From: an uncultured bacterium | GTDB taxonomy: Bacteria > Actinomycetota > Acidimicrobiia > Spongiisociales > UBA4744 | NCBI GenBank assembly: GCA_963827865.1 | Contig: CAWHCO010000001.1 | Location: forward strand, 31,977-95,976 | Direction: 5' to 3' | Length of the DNA: 64,000 bases | The notes under the pieces: generated by a model | What the model saw: only the letters and a program-made list of their open reading frames with translations | Databases searched by the model: none | What the model was told of the DNA's origin: nothing | Made by a program: the position numbers and the translations under genes | Part shown: piece after piece, positions 60,876 through 64,000 of the stretch | Layout: every line of letters starts with the position of its first letter | Numbering within the stretch: position 1 is the stretch's first letter

Positions 60876-60980
60876 TCCATCTTTGACATCGGCTGCCTTT
60901 CCCGGGTTCTGAAGGCTTTCCACTTCTCCAACGGCCCTGCAACAACCCCTCTACCCTTGGAGGCGAGCAGAGAGGAGGAA

Positions 60981-61202
60981 ATGGAAGCCGTGTTCGAGTC
61001 ATTGGGCCGGTATCCCCTCTACGATCCCGCATGGTTGCGCCGTCTGCATCAGACGTGTCTGTGGGACGGTGCCAGCAAGCGCCGAGGATCGGAGTTCTGC
61101 TCACCTGTGTGCGAAGAACGATATGCGGAGTGGGAGGAGTCGATGGTCTCGCACCACCTGGGACGTGAACCGCTCGAGACACTCCTCGAACTGGAGGTGT
61201 GA
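60981..61202 (+). CDS. small hypothetical protein with FCS..C motif
   Basis: GAGGAGG SD before ATG; CLWD...FCSPVC; stop overlaps ftcD start. Confidence 0.65.
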   Translation: MEAVFESLGRYPLYDPAWLRRLHQTCLWDGASKRRGSEFCSPVCEERYAEWEESMVSHHLGREPLETLLELEV

Positions 61203-62830
61203 TGAGACTCGTCGAGTGTGTGCCCAACTTCAGTGAGGGCCGCGACCATGCCCTGATAGAGGCGATTACTGCCGCGATCTCCCAGGTGGACGGAGTCACG
61301 CTGTTGGATGTCGATCCGGGGCCTGCGACGAACCGCACTGTCGTGACATTCGCCGGCGATATCGCTGCCGTCGAAGAGGCAGCGTTCCGGGGGATCGAGC
61401 GGGCCGCCGACTTGATCGATATGCGGATCCACCATGGGGAGCATCCCAGGATGGGCGCGACCGATGTCTGCCCGTTCGTGCCGCTCGAGGGCGCGACGAT
61501 GCAAGACTGCGTCGACCTTGCTCGGAGAGTCGCGGCGAGGGTCGGCGAGGACCTGGGCATCCCCGCCTACCTGTACGGCGAGGCGGCTTCCACCCCCGAG
61601 CGCCGCTCACTGGCGGACGTCAGGCGTGGTGAGTACGAGGGTCTCGCCGACAGGGATGATGCACCCGATTTCGGTCCCGGTGGCTTCAACGCCCGGTCCG
61701 GCGCAACCGCCATCGGCGCACGCAGCTTCCTCATCGCCTACAACGTGAACCTCAACACACGCGATCGCTCCGCCGCCAACGAGATCGCCGCGACGCTCAG
61801 GGAGAGCGGCAGAGTCAAGAAGGACGAAAGCGGCAGAACGGTGAGAGATACAGCCGGCGCCGCCGTTCGTGTTCCGGGGAAGTTCACAGAGCTTCGTGGC
61901 GTCGGCTGGTACATCGAGGAGTACGGCCGCGCTCAGGTTTCCTTTAACCTCACCAACCCATCGGTGACGCAGCTCCATGCCGTGTTCGATGCGGCCTGCG
62001 ATGAGGCAGCGCGTCTCGGTCTTCGAGTCACGGGAAGTGAGATCGTCGGGTTGGTGCCGAGGGACTCGATGCTCGAAGCGGCCGACCACTACCTCCACGC
62101 CCGCGGCGCAACCACCGGCATTCCCGAGGCCGAACGCATGCATATCGCAGCGATGAGCCTGGGACTGAGCGATGTCGCTCCGTTCGATCCCTCCCAGAAG
62201 GTCATCGAGTACCGCTACCGAGGAACCCCGTCGGGGCTCGTCGCGATGCCCGTCTTGGCGTTCGCCGATTCGCTCTCGGCGGGCACCCCCACTCCCGGCG
62301 GAGGAAGCACGGCGGCACTCGTGGCTGCACTCTCGGCGTCATTGTCGTCAATGGTTGCAGCCCTCACCTTCGGCAAGACTCAGGCGCCAGAGATGGAGGC
62401 TGCCGGTCGCAAGGCGCAGGAGTTGAAGGATTGGTTCCTCCAGGCAGTCGACCGGGACACAGCGTCATTCAAGATGCTCATGGCTGCGTTCCGCATCCCT
62501 CGCGCCGACCCGACCCGTCCTGCTGCGATCACCGCCGCGACGATCGGAGCAACGATCGTGCCACTGGAGGTACTCGAGTCCTGTGCCGATGCTCTCCGTC
62601 TAGCTCTCCAGGTGGCTGCCGGCGGAAACCTGAGCGCGGTCACCGACGCCGGCGTTGCCGGTCTGTGCGCTCTCGCAGCGGCCGAAGGGGTGTCGCTGAA
62701 CGTGCGGGTCAACCTGTCGCCACTCAGCGGCTATGACGAGTTGAAGGAACGGCGCGCCGCTGCGCTCGAGACGTGTCGCTCGCTGGCTGCGGAGGTCGCG
62801 GCGATGGTGGAGTCCAGACTTCCAACCTGA
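61199..62830 (+). CDS. ftcD: bifunctional glutamate formimidoyltransferase / formiminotetrahydrofolate cyclodeaminase
   Basis: ECVPNFSEGR, HPRMGATDVCPF, LIAYNVNL, TPGGGS, NVRVNL. Confidence 0.93.
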   Translation: MMRLVECVPNFSEGRDHALIEAITAAISQVDGVTLLDVDPGPATNRTVVTFAGDIAAVEEAAFRGIERAADLIDMRIHHGEHPRMGATDVCPFVPLEGATMQDCVDLARRVAARVGEDLGIPAYLYGEAASTPERRSLADVRRGEYEGLADRDDAPDFGPGGFNARSGATAIGARSFLIAYNVNLNTRDRSAANEIAATLRESGRVKKDESGRTVRDTAGAAVRVPGKFTELRGVGWYIEEYGRAQVSFNLTNPSVTQLHAVFDAACDEAARLGLRVTGSEIVGLVPRDSMLEAADHYLHARGATTGIPEAERMHIAAMSLGLSDVAPFDPSQKVIEYRYRGTPSGLVAMPVLAFADSLSAGTPTPGGGSTAALVAALSASLSSMVAALTFGKTQAPEMEAAGRKAQELKDWFLQAVDRDTASFKMLMAAFRIPRADPTRPAAITAATIGATIVPLEVLESCADALRLALQVAAGGNLSAVTDAGVAGLCALAAAEGVSLNVRVNLSPLSGYDELKERRAAALETCRSLAAEVAAMVESRLPT

Positions 62831-62879
62831 CAGCCGTTGTCGTGACGGAGGCCGAAGGCGTTCTTCCACCCTGCCGCCG

Positions 62880-62936
62880 GGTACGAGGCACACGATACGA
62901 GATACGAGCTAGGAGTCGCCCCGCGAGTCCTAGCTC
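62880..62936. repeat. heptamer array ending in a hairpin between convergent genes
   Basis: ggtacga-ggcacac-gatacga-gatacga-gctagga; gagctagga/tcctagctc IR. Confidence 0.5.
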
Positions 62937-64000
62937 ACTCTCGCCATTGCGAGACCCGCTTCGATGGCCGATAGGTTCTTCTCGGCGAAGGCCGGGTAGG
63001 CACCTGCCGCCTTGCGGAGCGCTTCGGAGGAGAGCAGCCCCTCGTGGACGACTGCCCCCGAAAGCATGGCGAGAGCGAGTTCGGACTTCCCGACGCGCTC
63101 CGGTGCCGACTTCGGATCGAACACGGTGACTGTGCCACTGCTCTCGAGGTCGGCAAACTCGGGCACTACGAACACCGACCCCTTCATGTCCGGCAGGTAC
63201 CGGGATGCCTTGCGGCGTCCGTCCTCGCTGAGGATGACGAGCACGTCGGGTTCGTCCATTCCGGGAAAGTCGATGGTCTGAGGACTCATGACGATTTGGG
63301 AGACAGAGTGACCTGTCTTCACAGTGATCGGATAGTCGTCACGTTGCGCGGCGTACAGGTTGGACCTGATGGCCGCCTCAGCGATCATCCGGGCCGCCGA
63401 CCTCACCTTCCCGCCTGCGGAGCCGGCCACCATGAGGTTCACGATTCGATCGAGCGACGAGGTCAAGTCCGGAACCATCGCTCGGACTCGAAGCGGTCTG
63501 GACGCTTTGAATCGCTCCGCCGCGGCCCGGTAGGCGGCCGCGTACTCGTCCACCTCGCGCCGGTAGAGGACCCCCGGGGGAAGTCCGAGCTCCTCCTGTG
63601 CGGCGATAAGTGAGCGCTTGCCAAACGTGTTGTTGGGCACGAAATACGCTGTGCACAGATCCCAGATATCCAGCAGTGCGAACCCGGGTGTCTGCATCCC
63701 CTCGACGATTCGCTCCGGCAGGTCCTTGTCGAAGTTGGTTCCCCTGTACACGTACGCAGCGCCGTTCACTCCGACGGTCGCGCAAATGTCCAGAGGGTGC
63801 TCCAGGTTTCCTCCTGGGGTGGTAGAGGTGATCGACCCGGTCGGCGTGGTCGTAGAGTGCTGCCCGCCGGTCATCCCGTAGTTCAGGTTGTTGAAGACGA
63901 GCAGCGTGAGCCCGATGTTGCGGCGGGCGGCGTTCAGCAGATGCGCACCCCCAATGCCGGTCCCACCATCGCCCATGATGACCACGACGTGCAGGTCCGG
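62930..64000 (-). CDS. 2-oxoacid:ferredoxin oxidoreductase beta(TPP)-gamma fusion, 3' part (start beyond window)
   Basis: GDG...NN TPP motif, YGMTGGQ.S.TTP, then gamma-like AGSAGGKV. Confidence 0.85.
   Translation of the reverse strand, partial: PDLHVVVIMGDGGTGIGGAHLLNAARRNIGLTLLVFNNLNYGMTGGQHSTTTPTGSITSTTPGGNLEHPLDICATVGVNGAAYVYRGTNFDKDLPERIVEGMQTPGFALLDIWDLCTAYFVPNNTFGKRSLIAAQEELGLPPGVLYRREVDEYAAAYRAAAERFKASRPLRVRAMVPDLTSSLDRIVNLMVAGSAGGKVRSAARMIAEAAIRSNLYAAQRDDYPITVKTGHSVSQIVMSPQTIDFPGMDEPDVLVILSEDGRRKASRYLPDMKGSVFVVPEFADLESSGTVTVFDPKSAPERVGKSELALAMLSGAVVHEGLLSSEALRKAAGAYPAFAEKNLSAIEAGLAMARVS

Overview
High-GC actinobacterial chromosome segment, probably Acidimicrobiia (inferred from gene content and order), mostly core genes on the minus strand. 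In order: gcvPB/PA/T; a MerR/BFN/FHA/gcvH cluster; an Opp-type peptide ABC transporter; a tRNA-Pro(GGG) with a small integrase-less islet; thiolase-like + DUF35 genes; der, ispH, an aroA-cmk fusion, rluB, scpAB, xerD, ald, pyrG, recN, NAD kinase and tlyA; helY-tatC-tatA; the full Pup-proteasome locus (arc-dop-pup-prcBA-pafABC); ttuB-ttuA-trmI; transporters, small proteins, ftcD and a partial 2-oxoacid:ferredoxin oxidoreductase. Most notable observations: (1) a ~105-bp degenerate repeat (tRNA-Pro 3' end + hairpin + extra motif) brackets a single-gene glycoside-hydrolase islet; (2) three genes appear to start at CTG in C-TGA stop/start overlaps; (3) a Cys-less thiolase is paired with a Zn-less DUF35 protein; (4) a DnaA-box pair and a possible autoregulatory palindrome lie at the promoter of an Rv1830/McdR-like MerR gene; (5) a ubiquitin-like TtuB/TtuA/TrmI tRNA-modification set sits beside the Pup locus; (6) heptamer-periodic intergenic elements recur; (7) pafC and a rhomboid gene are frameshifted. 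No CRISPR array, rRNA, transposase or prophage was seen. All calls come from reading the sequence and recalled motifs; no database searches were run.
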